52,088 bases of DNA from a virus, in the IMG/VR virus record IMGVR_UViG_3300035156_000020, positions 1-52,088 of that record; one strand, given 5' to 3'. The notes under the pieces were generated by a model that worked only from the letters and a program-made list of their open reading frames with translations, was not told the origin of the DNA and made no database searches. The position numbers and the translations under genes are program-made. The stretch's first letter is position 1. Every line of letters starts with the position of its first letter. Below, piece by piece: positions 1 to 7,461 of this stretch.

Positions 1-127
1 AAGGTTGTGACCACTAACAAGAGTGTTCAATTCCATTTGTTTCCTTTGTGTTGAGACATCTGAGGGAAGGGGTGCTCAATGTCATAATTTTTGTGAGATA
101 TTATGGAGAGGTAATGCACCTATTAGC
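1..127. repeat. Terminal overlap copy 1, identical to 51962-52088. Most likely a circular-assembly overlap rather than a biological terminal repeat.
   Basis: Read directly: bases 1-127 recur verbatim at 51962-52088. The tailspike ORF 50198-51997 starts inside the right copy. Confidence 0.9.
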
Positions 128-128
128 A

Positions 129-155
129 CCCACCCCCTCACCCCCTCCCTCCCCC
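129..155 (-). other. G-quadruplex-competent tract on the minus strand (C-rich on plus; i-motif candidate).
   Basis: Plus strand has C-runs at 129-131, 133-137, 141-145, 147-149 and 151-155, separated by 1-3 nt. The minus strand reads G5-A-G3-A-G5-TGA-G5-T-G3. Confidence 0.7.
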
Positions 156-480
156 TTCGACATACAGAAATCTCCTAACATGCCTCCTGCTGCATTTGAC
201 ATAAGATGGGTTATGCGAAATACCCTGGCATACATATTGCTTAGGCACAGTCTCATGTAATGCTCATGACTTGTAGTTATATAGGCTAGAGGGATAGCGC
301 AATACACTAACCGTCCTATATTCATCATCCAGGTAGGCAATGCACTAGCAATGCATGGGTATTAACACATGAGGGGGTGCATGAGGATTAATGGCTATGA
401 CATAGCATCTATGCCTGTTACGTCCCTAGCGGGACAATAAATACCCTTGCACCGATGAGGTGCGTAATGCATTAAACATG

Positions 481-493
481 CTGCTAACAGCAG
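481..493. repeat. Short hairpin / inverted repeat CTGCT-AAC-AGCAG, a member of a four-copy family.
   Basis: ctgctaacagcag is read here. Its exact reverse complement is at 44843-44855. Related gtgctaacagcac is at 4857-4869 and gagctaacagctc at 44921-44933. All four are intergenic. Confidence 0.6.
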
Positions 494-579
494 GGGTGTA
501 ATAGGACTAACGCTATATGTAATACCAGGAATCTAGCTATCACTGGACATTAGGTGTTGTATTGATGGGTTAATATGTG

Positions 580-610
580 TTGACTGTTGAGAGAGGTTTG
601 TGTGTATAAT
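580..610 (+). promoter_or_regulatory. Sigma-70-like early promoter candidate.
   Basis: TTGACT (580-585) and perfect TATAAT (605-610). The spacer is 19 nt, which is long. It lies about 70 nt upstream of the first plus-strand ORF. Confidence 0.45.
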
Positions 611-679
611 GCTCTTAGCGCGCGAGTGTGCGTAACCAGGTAAAAGACAAAATCCACTACTAGACAAGGAAAAGGCAAC

Positions 680-838
680 ATGAATACTCTCTACATCACC
701 GAAACAGAGGAAGGTTTTGAACTCATAGGGGAAGATGGGTTACATCAAGGAATTGCCGAAACGATGGGCGAAGCTATCACCTCTGCAAAGCAGCATGTAG
801 AGCTTGGTAACTACACTTCCTTCTGCATTGCTGACTAA
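680..838 (+). CDS. Hypothetical early protein, 52 aa (MNTLYITETEEGFELIGEDG...).
   Basis: ATG with a purine-rich aggaaaagg just upstream. The frame is open to TAA at 836-838. It falls below the 60-aa cutoff of the ORF track. Confidence 0.5.
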   Translation: MNTLYITETEEGFELIGEDGLHQGIAETMGEAITSAKQHVELGNYTSFCIAD

Positions 839-874
839 CAACACACGCCCCGAAAGGGGCAATTAGGAGCTGGC

Positions 875-1051
875 ATGAAACAGCTAGACAAATATCTATC
901 CAAGTATGCAGAGGATGAGCAAGCTATCATCTTGGAAGGCTTACAGGCAAAGCTGGATGAATTGCCTATTACGTCCAATCCATATGTTGAGGGACAAGGG
1001 GATTGGATGTTATGGGATGAGGGATATACATTAGACCTGTTGACGCCATGA
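875..1051 (+). CDS. Hypothetical early protein, 58 aa.
   Basis: AGGAGC Shine-Dalgarno 5 nt upstream of the ATG. The stop overlaps the next ATG (ATGA). Confidence 0.55.
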   Translation: MKQLDKYLSKYAEDEQAIILEGLQAKLDELPITSNPYVEGQGDWMLWDEGYTLDLLTP

Positions 1052-1173
1052 ATAGGTTTATCGCTATCATGTTTTGGCTTTGGGTGTTGCTCTGCCTTGA
1101 TGCAATCATCTATTGGGAACACTCGTTTATCTTTCGTGCTGCATTTGCCATCATCAAATACTTGGAGATTTAA
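1048..1173 (+). CDS. Small hydrophobic protein, 41 aa (MNRFIAIMFWLWVLLCLDAIIYW...).
   Basis: ATGA start/stop coupling to the upstream ORF. One clear hydrophobic helix. Confidence 0.45.
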   Translation: MNRFIAIMFWLWVLLCLDAIIYWEHSFIFRAAFAIIKYLEI

Positions 1174-1174
1174 T

Positions 1175-1432
1175 ATGCCTAAATACAATGGTCACAAAAA
1201 CTTTGCACATTGGAATGTGTCCCTCTGGCTTAACAATGACGAATCACTCTATCGTATGTGTAAGCACATGAAGCAACACTATGCCAAGGCGCGCATGGTA
1301 TTTGATGAACGTCGCTCTACATTCATAGCTAGGCAAGTTATCCGGCGTCTGAAGGATGAAGGGATAACCCACACTCCAGACGGAATCAAATATAGTACAT
1401 CGTCTGTAGAGGCAGCAATGCGGGATATGTAA
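1175..1432 (+). CDS. Hypothetical early protein, 85 aa.
   Basis: Internal ATG of track ORF 1097-1432, preceded by GGAG 8 nt upstream. It starts 2 nt after the previous stop. Confidence 0.6.
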   Translation: MPKYNGHKNFAHWNVSLWLNNDESLYRMCKHMKQHYAKARMVFDERRSTFIARQVIRRLKDEGITHTPDGIKYSTSSVEAAMRDM

Positions 1433-1454
1433 GACAACAGCAGCAATCAAACAA

Positions 1455-1482
1455 GGGGATACTTCGGTATCCCTTTTCTTTT
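1455..1482 (+). terminator. Rho-independent terminator.
   Basis: GGGATAC (1456-1462), loop TTCG, GTATCCC (1467-1473), then ttttctttt. Confidence 0.8.
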
Positions 1483-1696
1483 ACCTGTAGGGCTTGCGTA
1501 TAGGCTCTATACGGCATTATCTCCAGCAGGTTGACCACTTCCCCCCATTGAACAGCTATCACGCCTTGTAGAGCCTCCTATGGCCTACAACAGACGTGCA
1601 TGTACGCATCCAGGTACGCGCAAATAACACACTTGGATAGGTTTTGTCCTACAAATTGTGTGTAGGAGCGCACTTACAACACTTGCCAAATAGCAT

Positions 1697-1726
1697 TTGA
1701 CTTTCCTGCTAGAAGCTTGCTATAGT
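1697..1726 (+). promoter_or_regulatory. Sigma-70-like promoter candidate.
   Basis: TTGACT (1697-1702), 18-nt spacer, TATAGT (1721-1726). It sits in ORF-free DNA. Confidence 0.6.
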
Positions 1727-1834
1727 TCAACACATCGGGACAGCAGCAACGTACCGATTCCGCAAAAGCCCATAAGAATCAAGGGTTTAGCGGGGTTTCC
1801 AATAGTCACTAGTTGAGCATACGCAACAAAGTGC

Positions 1835-1862
1835 TTGACAGAAATCAGTGAGTATGTAATGA
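1835..1862 (+). promoter_or_regulatory. Sigma-70-like promoter candidate.
   Basis: Perfect TTGACA (1835-1840), 16-nt spacer, TAATGA (1857-1862). Like the 1697 promoter, it is followed a few nt later by CAACAC. Confidence 0.45.
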
Positions 1863-2589
1863 TGGCAACACTTCGCAGCGATAACGATTCGCAGCAAAGC
1901 GGCGGGAAAGTAGGAACTAGCCTACATGGGCAATTCCGAAATTAAACGCAGCACGAAGGCAGCTATCACCTGTAGTTAGTAGCAGATGCACCGATTTCAG
2001 CAGCAAAGGTTGTAACGTAGGGGACACATAATGCTGTCCGGCTGTCCTACGCTCTTTAAAAATCTACTTGTAGGCTCAGTATGGAGGGCGATGTTATCTC
2101 CCCCTATTTGCCTCCCCTAATAGCTTGTGTGTGTCGCACAGTAGCTATCATCCCTTGGCTAGTCCGAAGGATGGTATGTAACTGTCTCCAGACAAGGGAC
2201 GATGAGAGGAAACATGCGCAGTGGTGCATGGGATAGGGGAATAAGAGAAAGCATTGCTTGCCATACGGACGACTAGCGGGAATCTCGCTAGGAATAATTG
2301 CACCCTACAAGGATGATGTTCTTTAACAATTTATAGGAATATGGGCATGGACAACACACGTTGACCGGGCTGAATCAATCCGCCAGGAATTTGACTCCCT
2401 AGATGGGAGACTAGCCGAACCATCATATAGTCAGAAAGACTAGCGCATCGGAAGTAAGCCCCTTGTCCTCAATATCCGCACCCCATATTCCCTTATTAAA
2501 CGCCGTTCCTTAATTGGAACCTAGTGAAGATAAGCGGCAAGGCTCTAGCAATAGAGCTTTGTACGCTAGTCCACTAAGGAGCAACAAGC

Positions 2590-2769
2590 ATGAGCAAGAA
2601 AGCGGAATACTTCATCAAACAGAAATGCCTTCGTTACCATCGCAATCAAATCAGCGATGCAATTTATGATCACACTACCCGAAAGCTTCATGGATACTTC
2701 CCTAAATGGCCAGAAGCATTATGGGAAAGCCAAGGCATCAAAACATCCGAGCAATTGAATACTCGCTAG
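2590..2769 (+). CDS. Hypothetical protein, 59 aa (MSKKAEYFIKQKCLRYHRNQ...).
   Basis: AAGGAG 7 nt upstream of the ATG. Just below the track cutoff. Confidence 0.6.
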   Translation: MSKKAEYFIKQKCLRYHRNQISDAIYDHTTRKLHGYFPKWPEALWESQGIKTSEQLNTR

Positions 2770-2852
2770 ACATTCCAGCAGATAGGGGATTCCTCCAGGA
2801 ATTGCCTTATCTAGTGCAATGTCGCACTAACATTCTAATGGAGCACACTATC

Positions 2853-3404
2853 ATGGCATTCGACAAAAACACCTACGATCAACACTTCAATGCTCAACTG
2901 GTTAAACTGGTTGACGCTGAGAAAATCACCAAGGCAATCCTGCGTGAACTGTCCCGCACTACGCTGGAAGCATTGCACGTTACCGAAGACATCGGCTACG
3001 TGAACCAGGTTGTTGCCGCCCTCACTCCAGTGAACAAGAAAGTGGCAATCCTGTTCTATACGGAATTCACCGGGTTCCGTGAAGAGAAGGGCATTTTCAC
3101 CAAGAAAGACAAGAAAGCCTACGACGACAAGAAAGCCATGTGTGTCGAATGGCTGGAAGACCCGAACAACAACATCTGGTCGTGGGCAGAAAAAGAAGTG
3201 GACATTGCCCCCAAGGATTTCGATATCAAGGCAGTGACGAAAACCATGGAACGCATGCTCAAGAAGGGCGATGATGCAGGCTTCACTCAAGCCGACATCC
3301 TGCGTGCCGTGTTCGCTGCTGGCTTCGATACCGATGCTCTGCTGGCTGTCATGTCCGAAATGACCAACGACAAGCCGGAAGCTGCGCCAATCGAGCAAGT
3401 CTAA
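2853..3404 (+). CDS. Hypothetical protein, 183 aa.
   Basis: Track ORF 2706-3404, trimmed to the ATG at 2853, which has GGAG 9 nt upstream. Protein-like composition. Confidence 0.7.
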   Translation: MAFDKNTYDQHFNAQLVKLVDAEKITKAILRELSRTTLEALHVTEDIGYVNQVVAALTPVNKKVAILFYTEFTGFREEKGIFTKKDKKAYDDKKAMCVEWLEDPNNNIWSWAEKEVDIAPKDFDIKAVTKTMERMLKKGDDAGFTQADILRAVFAAGFDTDALLAVMSEMTNDKPEAAPIEQV

Positions 3405-3440
3405 GGCCCAAGCTCCGTCTGTACATATGGTATAGACGTA

Positions 3441-3466
3441 AAAAAGGGGAGCATCTAGCTCCCCTT
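3441..3466. terminator. Hairpin terminator between convergent genes. The U-tract is present only for the minus-strand transcript.
   Basis: aaaaa GGGGAGC atcta GCTCCCC tt. Read on the minus strand, the stem is followed by TTTTT. Confidence 0.65.
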
Positions 3467-3485
3467 GCTGTAACACATCTTAAGA

Positions 3486-3986
3486 CTAGTCTTTGAGTTC
3501 TTCCAAAAGCGTTTGTACCTCGCCAAGCTCTTTTGTAAGTACTTCGCACTTCTCCCGCAAGCCATTGCGAGTCTCTTCCACTGCATCAATTTCATCGGCT
3601 TCCTTCCAGAAGGACGACATCGCCTGTTTCTGCGAGTCGAAGCTATCATCAATTTCTGGCCGATGAATGATGCGTCCGAACAGGTCGAAGAACACAGGAC
3701 GGAACACCCGCCCATCTGCTGCATTGAAGCCCTTCTGTACGCTTTCCACCAAGCCCAGCACCAAGCCATCATCCATCACATGAACCGTGTGAATCTTGGC
3801 AGCAAAGCTCTTGAGCGTGGAATCGTCAACGTAGTGCGTCCGGCCTTCCAGATTGCGCTGCGCCTGATTCAGGGGCAAGCCGGTGCGCTCAGCGAACAGT
3901 TTGAAGCCAGCTTTGCTCATGGCGCTGGCCATATCAGTGGTGCTCATTGCTGGAACTTCTGCTGCTGCTGGTTTCTTCGTAGCCAT
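3486..3986 (-). CDS. Hypothetical protein, 166 aa. It is the only minus-strand gene inside the plus-strand arm.
   Basis: GGAGAG SD upstream of the ATG. Coiled-coil-like C-terminus. The competing plus-strand ORF 3513-4043 is Cys/His/Phe-rich and looks like a shadow ORF. Confidence 0.65.
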   Translation of the reverse strand: MATKKPAAAEVPAMSTTDMASAMSKAGFKLFAERTGLPLNQAQRNLEGRTHYVDDSTLKSFAAKIHTVHVMDDGLVLGLVESVQKGFNAADGRVFRPVFFDLFGRIIHRPEIDDSFDSQKQAMSSFWKEADEIDAVEETRNGLREKCEVLTKELGEVQTLLEELKD

Positions 3987-4081
3987 TTTGTCTCTCCGGT
4001 TAGTGGTACGTCACATGACGTAGACACAGTATCAGGTAGCTAAATTCGTTTGTCAACACCCACACACAAGGAATCGTACAC

Positions 4082-4315
4082 ATGCTCACCCTCTTGGATC
4101 AAGTCTTGCCTGTCGCTCTGCTCATCCTGCTGGCCCTGCTCGCTATCATCATCGGCTGGATTGTGTGGCAGGAAGTGCAGCTTCTCCGTATCGAGAACAA
4201 GCACAAGACCGAAGGCATGGAGATTGACGTTAGCAAGCCAATCATCGACCTCTGGCACAACCAGGTAGCGCCTCAAAGCGTTTCAGCAGCCCAATATCTC
4301 AGCACGATTGCATAA
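4082..4315 (+). CDS. Small membrane protein, 77 aa.
   Basis: N-terminal hydrophobic helix LPVALLILLALLAIIIGWIVW. AAGGA lies upstream. Confidence 0.55.
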   Translation: MLTLLDQVLPVALLILLALLAIIIGWIVWQEVQLLRIENKHKTEGMEIDVSKPIIDLWHNQVAPQSVSAAQYLSTIA

Positions 4316-4365
4316 GCAATTGAGCACAACCCGCCACTCCAGGCACAACTAGAAGGAAGTAAATC

Positions 4366-4662
4366 ATGACCAAAGCAACCAAAACCGTCCGTGGCGCTGC
4401 TCGTGCTGCTCGTCGTAACGCTGGCAATCGTCAGCCTGTCGCTATCATCGGCCAGCAAGCCGAACGTGTGGCAACGAACATGCGTGAAGCCTTCTGCAAC
4501 ATCCAGATCACCGGATATGACGCCGGTAAGCGCGACATCGTGGAAACCATCCTCACCTGTGCCAAGCAGAACGCTGGCAACAACAAAGTGGGGCGTGGCT
4601 GGACTGCCAACCTCACCCCTCAGACGGTGCGTAAGCTGACGTTTGAAGGCGTCTTCGCCTAA
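4366..4662 (+). CDS. Hypothetical protein, 98 aa, with a basic N-terminus.
   Basis: GAAGGAAG SD upstream of the ATG. Several overlapping alternative-frame ORFs look less protein-like. Confidence 0.65.
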   Translation: MTKATKTVRGAARAARRNAGNRQPVAIIGQQAERVATNMREAFCNIQITGYDAGKRDIVETILTCAKQNAGNNKVGRGWTANLTPQTVRKLTFEGVFA

Positions 4663-4665
4663 CAG

Positions 4666-4854
4666 GTGATTAACGCTGTCTTTGAACATCAAGACGGATA
4701 CCGCTTCAATGAAGTGTACGGAGGGAAGAAAGCTAAAGCTCAATTCCTCCGAGCATTACGCAGTGACAAAGCTACGCTTATTCATGCGATTGATGTAGAC
4801 CGTGCTTATGTGATTTACCCCTCTAATCTTCCTGATTATCGTAGGGTTCAGTAA
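4666..4854 (+). CDS. Hypothetical protein, 62 aa (GTG start).
   Basis: Track ORF. It starts 4 nt after the previous stop. Confidence 0.45.
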   Translation: MINAVFEHQDGYRFNEVYGGKKAKAQFLRALRSDKATLIHAIDVDRAYVIYPSNLPDYRRVQ

Positions 4855-4856
4855 TT

Positions 4857-4940
4857 GTGCTAACAGCACATTCATTCTAATTAACGCTAGTTAGAAGTTT
4901 GAAGTTTTATTATTTGAGCTAAAAGCTCTATTAATACTCT
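4857..4940 (+). promoter_or_regulatory. AT-rich conserved intergenic element, copy A. Function unknown: promoter, operator or origin-like.
   Basis: Hairpin gtgctaacagcac (4857-4869), TAGTTAG (4888-4894), TTTGAAG (4898-4904), 11-nt AT spacer, hairpin gagctaaaagctc (4916-4928), then atactct. The same architecture is at 44843-44951. Confidence 0.6.
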
Positions 4941-4983
4941 GATTTTCTTCTTTACTGGACAAATAAATATACAGGAGTTGTAA

Positions 4984-6471
4984 ATGCCTTTTAATGTAGG
5001 CGATAAGGTGCGTGTTATCCCCGGTGCAGCAGGGCCAGTTACCGGGCAGTACATCGGCATGACCCTCACGGTGGAGCGTGTAAGTGACTTCGGGAACATC
5101 AAGCTCCAGGAGATCGTGGGGGGTGGTTACTACGGCGCTCACAAGTTTGAGCTTATTCCTCAACCTGCTGTTGTCAAGGTTGGTGATTGGGTCGAATGCA
5201 TTGATGCGGCAGACAGCCTCACCTTGCGCATTGGTCGTCAGTACAAGGTGGAAGCTGTGTACCCTAGCGGATCGTATAAGCTGGAGGGCTTCGGCACTCG
5301 CTATCATCCGTCCCGCTTCAAGGCTGTTCCTGCGCCTAAGGCTGTGGCTGTTGCCGATGAATTCCCCTTCGACCCTGCTCTGTGGTATCCACAGGAAGGT
5401 GACAAGGTGTATGTGGTGGGTAAGTGCCCTAAAAACCACTATCCGGGGGGCATGGATAAGTATGTGAATGACGGAAAGCTGTACAAAGTCTATTCCGTGT
5501 ACGAGCCGCTTATCTACCTGAGCCATGCTAATGGCGACTCGTATTCCTGGGATAAGAGCGTCTTGCGTCCTGAATGGGCAGGCAAGAAAGCACAGCCCAA
5601 GCCTGCAACCTTGGCCGTACCGGATGGGCCTGTGGCCCCGTATGTGCCACCTGATGTGCCTGCTGAGCCAAACAGCACCCTCCGTGAAGACCTGTTCAAG
5701 CGTATTCCCGGTGGTGGCCTGTGTGACTTCGCCTTTGAAGGCAAGACCGGCATGCAAGACTTCCAGACAGCAGCCCCGTGCCATGCTGCCCTGTCCCGCC
5801 CTAACGTGGGTGCTGAGGTGGTGGCAATGGCGTATTGCCTCCGTAGTGATGTCAAGCGTTATGGGGGTGCTGACATCAAAGCGTACAAACGCTACATGGA
5901 CTACATCTTCAATCGCTCCCCTTGGGCACATGCATTCCTCACCAAGGATGTGAACGAAGCCATGGAGAAGGACATCCTCATGAACGTGGAAGTCAATCGC
6001 TTCGTCATGGCTGGTGCTTGCTTGGCTGTCCGTATGGCACACGAATACAGCAATCGCCCTACCGCCTTCGTCTACTTCGTGGACAAGGGCATTGGTGAGC
6101 ATGCGGCATGGGTATTGTGCTGTGCTCTCACCGTCCGTGGTAATAACTTCTCCCGTGCTGGCATGGGTGGCGGTCATGACCTGATTGACCATCATCGTGA
6201 CATGGCTGAACTGGTGAAGTTCTTCCAGGTGGGCTATCACACAGCACAGGGGACTGACCCCAACCCCTACCGACTGGCACATGGGGGCTATCGTATTGCC
6301 GATCCTGTGGCGAAGTATACGAGCAACGCTCTACATAGCCTCCGTGGCTGGCTGGATGCCAACATGAAGGCCACTGTAACTGGCGAAGGCTGGAACAAGA
6401 AATCCGCCATCACCGAAGAAGCAGTATTAACCGCTGCTGCAACCCTCAACAAACTCATTACCGGAGCGTAA
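4984..6471 (+). CDS. Cassette gene 1: 495-aa protein. It has three tandem SH3/KOW-like beta-barrel repeats plus a C-terminal domain of about 270 aa with unknown function.
   Basis: AGGAG SD. Repeats begin VGDKVRVI, VGDWVECI and EGDKVYVV and end FELIP, RFKAV and VLRPEW. Confidence 0.85.
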   Translation: MPFNVGDKVRVIPGAAGPVTGQYIGMTLTVERVSDFGNIKLQEIVGGGYYGAHKFELIPQPAVVKVGDWVECIDAADSLTLRIGRQYKVEAVYPSGSYKLEGFGTRYHPSRFKAVPAPKAVAVADEFPFDPALWYPQEGDKVYVVGKCPKNHYPGGMDKYVNDGKLYKVYSVYEPLIYLSHANGDSYSWDKSVLRPEWAGKKAQPKPATLAVPDGPVAPYVPPDVPAEPNSTLREDLFKRIPGGGLCDFAFEGKTGMQDFQTAAPCHAALSRPNVGAEVVAMAYCLRSDVKRYGGADIKAYKRYMDYIFNRSPWAHAFLTKDVNEAMEKDILMNVEVNRFVMAGACLAVRMAHEYSNRPTAFVYFVDKGIGEHAAWVLCCALTVRGNNFSRAGMGGGHDLIDHHRDMAELVKFFQVGYHTAQGTDPNPYRLAHGGYRIADPVAKYTSNALHSLRGWLDANMKATVTGEGWNKKSAITEEAVLTAAATLNKLITGA

Positions 6472-6472
6472 C

Positions 6473-7087
6473 ATGAACGTCCTCATCATCAATGGCGGCA
6501 GCGACTATCGCAAGCTGTTTGAATCCCTCGGCCACACGATCGTGGCTAACGTAGAAGATGCTCAACTGGCTGTCTTCACTGGCGGCGCCGACGTTTCCCC
6601 CAAGCTGTACGGGGCTGAGAAGCATCCGTTCACTGGTGTGGATGCACGCCGTGACATCATGGAAAAGACGCTCTACGAGGCTCTGCTGGCTCGTAAAGTG
6701 CCAATGGTGGGCATCTGCCGTGGTGCTCAATTCCTTAATGTCATGTCCGGTGGTGCGATGTACCAGCACGTAGAAAGCCATACCCGTGCCCACTACATCA
6801 TCGACCAGGTTACGGGGGAAACGGTGTATGTGTCGTCTACCCATCACCAGATGATGAAGCCATTCGGCATCTTCCACCTCATTGCTACCAGCAACAACAA
6901 CGGCAATCGTGAATGGTTTGAGGGCAGCGTATTCAAGCGTGATGTGGCCGATCAAGACATCGAAGTGGTGTTCTACCCCAACACCAAATGCCTGTGCTTC
7001 CAGCCCCATCCTGAATTCGATGGTGCGGAATACGAAGGCATGAAAGCCTACTTCCGTTCGCTGCTCAACCGTTATCTGGAGGTGTAA
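6473..7087 (+). CDS. Cassette gene 2: class I glutamine amidotransferase fold, peptidase C26 / gamma-glutamyl hydrolase-like (PuuD-like).
   Basis: Nucleophile elbow VGICRGAQFLNV and the downstream SSTHHQMM motif typical of the C26 family. Confidence 0.8.
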   Translation: MNVLIINGGSDYRKLFESLGHTIVANVEDAQLAVFTGGADVSPKLYGAEKHPFTGVDARRDIMEKTLYEALLARKVPMVGICRGAQFLNVMSGGAMYQHVESHTRAHYIIDQVTGETVYVSSTHHQMMKPFGIFHLIATSNNNGNREWFEGSVFKRDVADQDIEVVFYPNTKCLCFQPHPEFDGAEYEGMKAYFRSLLNRYLEV

Positions 7088-7089
7088 TC

Positions 7090-7461
7090 ATGACTCTTGA
7101 CGAGTTTTGGACAGCTACCGGGATTGGCCGTTGGGACATGCGTAACAACGACGACCACCTCCCGTGTTTCGCTAACCGTTATTACGTGAATGGGCGTGTA
7201 AACACCCCCGAACTCATCACGGCATACATCGACCTCGCAAAGCAAACTTGCACTAACGATGTCATCGTGTTCAGCGTGACGGAGAAAGATGAATGCTGGG
7301 ATGTGTGGAAGCAGTACGCCAAGGACAACAAGAGCGTGTTCAAGGTGGTGCAAGGTGGTTCCATTCATGGTGTGTATCTGTGCCGGATGTACATCTACAC
7401 CAAGCCGAAGGAAGAACGTAAGTTCCATGAGAATAACATCGGCAAGTACCGCGCTCGATAA
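7090..7461 (+). CDS. Cassette gene 3: hypothetical protein, 123 aa.
   Basis: Track ORF. It starts 3 nt after the previous stop. Confidence 0.7.
   Translation: MTLDEFWTATGIGRWDMRNNDDHLPCFANRYYVNGRVNTPELITAYIDLAKQTCTNDVIVFSVTEKDECWDVWKQYAKDNKSVFKVVQGGSIHGVYLCRMYIYTKPKEERKFHENNIGKYRAR

Noticed and set aside
1-127. The end duplication interpreted as a biological direct terminal repeat.
   Set aside because: It is exact, it bisects a tailspike gene and its 5' region, and it has the length of a typical assembler k-mer overlap. Without read-terminus data it cannot be called a DTR.
48-340. ORFs 48-260 (+) and 101-340 (-) in the divergent control region.
   Set aside because: They are mutually overlapping and driven by the C-rich/G-rich tract, which yields PPPSP and GEGGGEG peptides. 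Neither has a ribosome-binding site.
1858-2256. Micro-ORFs inside the ORF-free region: 28 codons from 1858 and 57 codons from 2083.
   Set aside because: Neither has a convincing ribosome-binding site. The first begins inside the putative -10 element and the second is Cys-rich and implausible. They stay as a caveat on the non-coding interpretation.
3513-4043. Plus-strand 176-aa ORF overlapping the minus-strand gene 3486-3986.
   Set aside because: Its composition is poor (Cys/Phe/His-rich) and it has no SD. The minus-strand ORF has an SD, a terminator and a protein-like sequence.
4891-6282. Long antisense ORFs opposite recognised genes. Examples: 4891-6282 (463 aa), 8866-9756, 10416-12035 (539 aa), 32634-33782, 34322-35623, 36413-37669 and 50195-51343.
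   Set aside because: Each lies entirely opposite a gene with clear family motifs or structural synteny. Their translations are His/Cys/Arg/Val-rich and low in complexity, and no Shine-Dalgarno precedes them. They are shadow ORFs of the kind expected in GC-balanced coding DNA.
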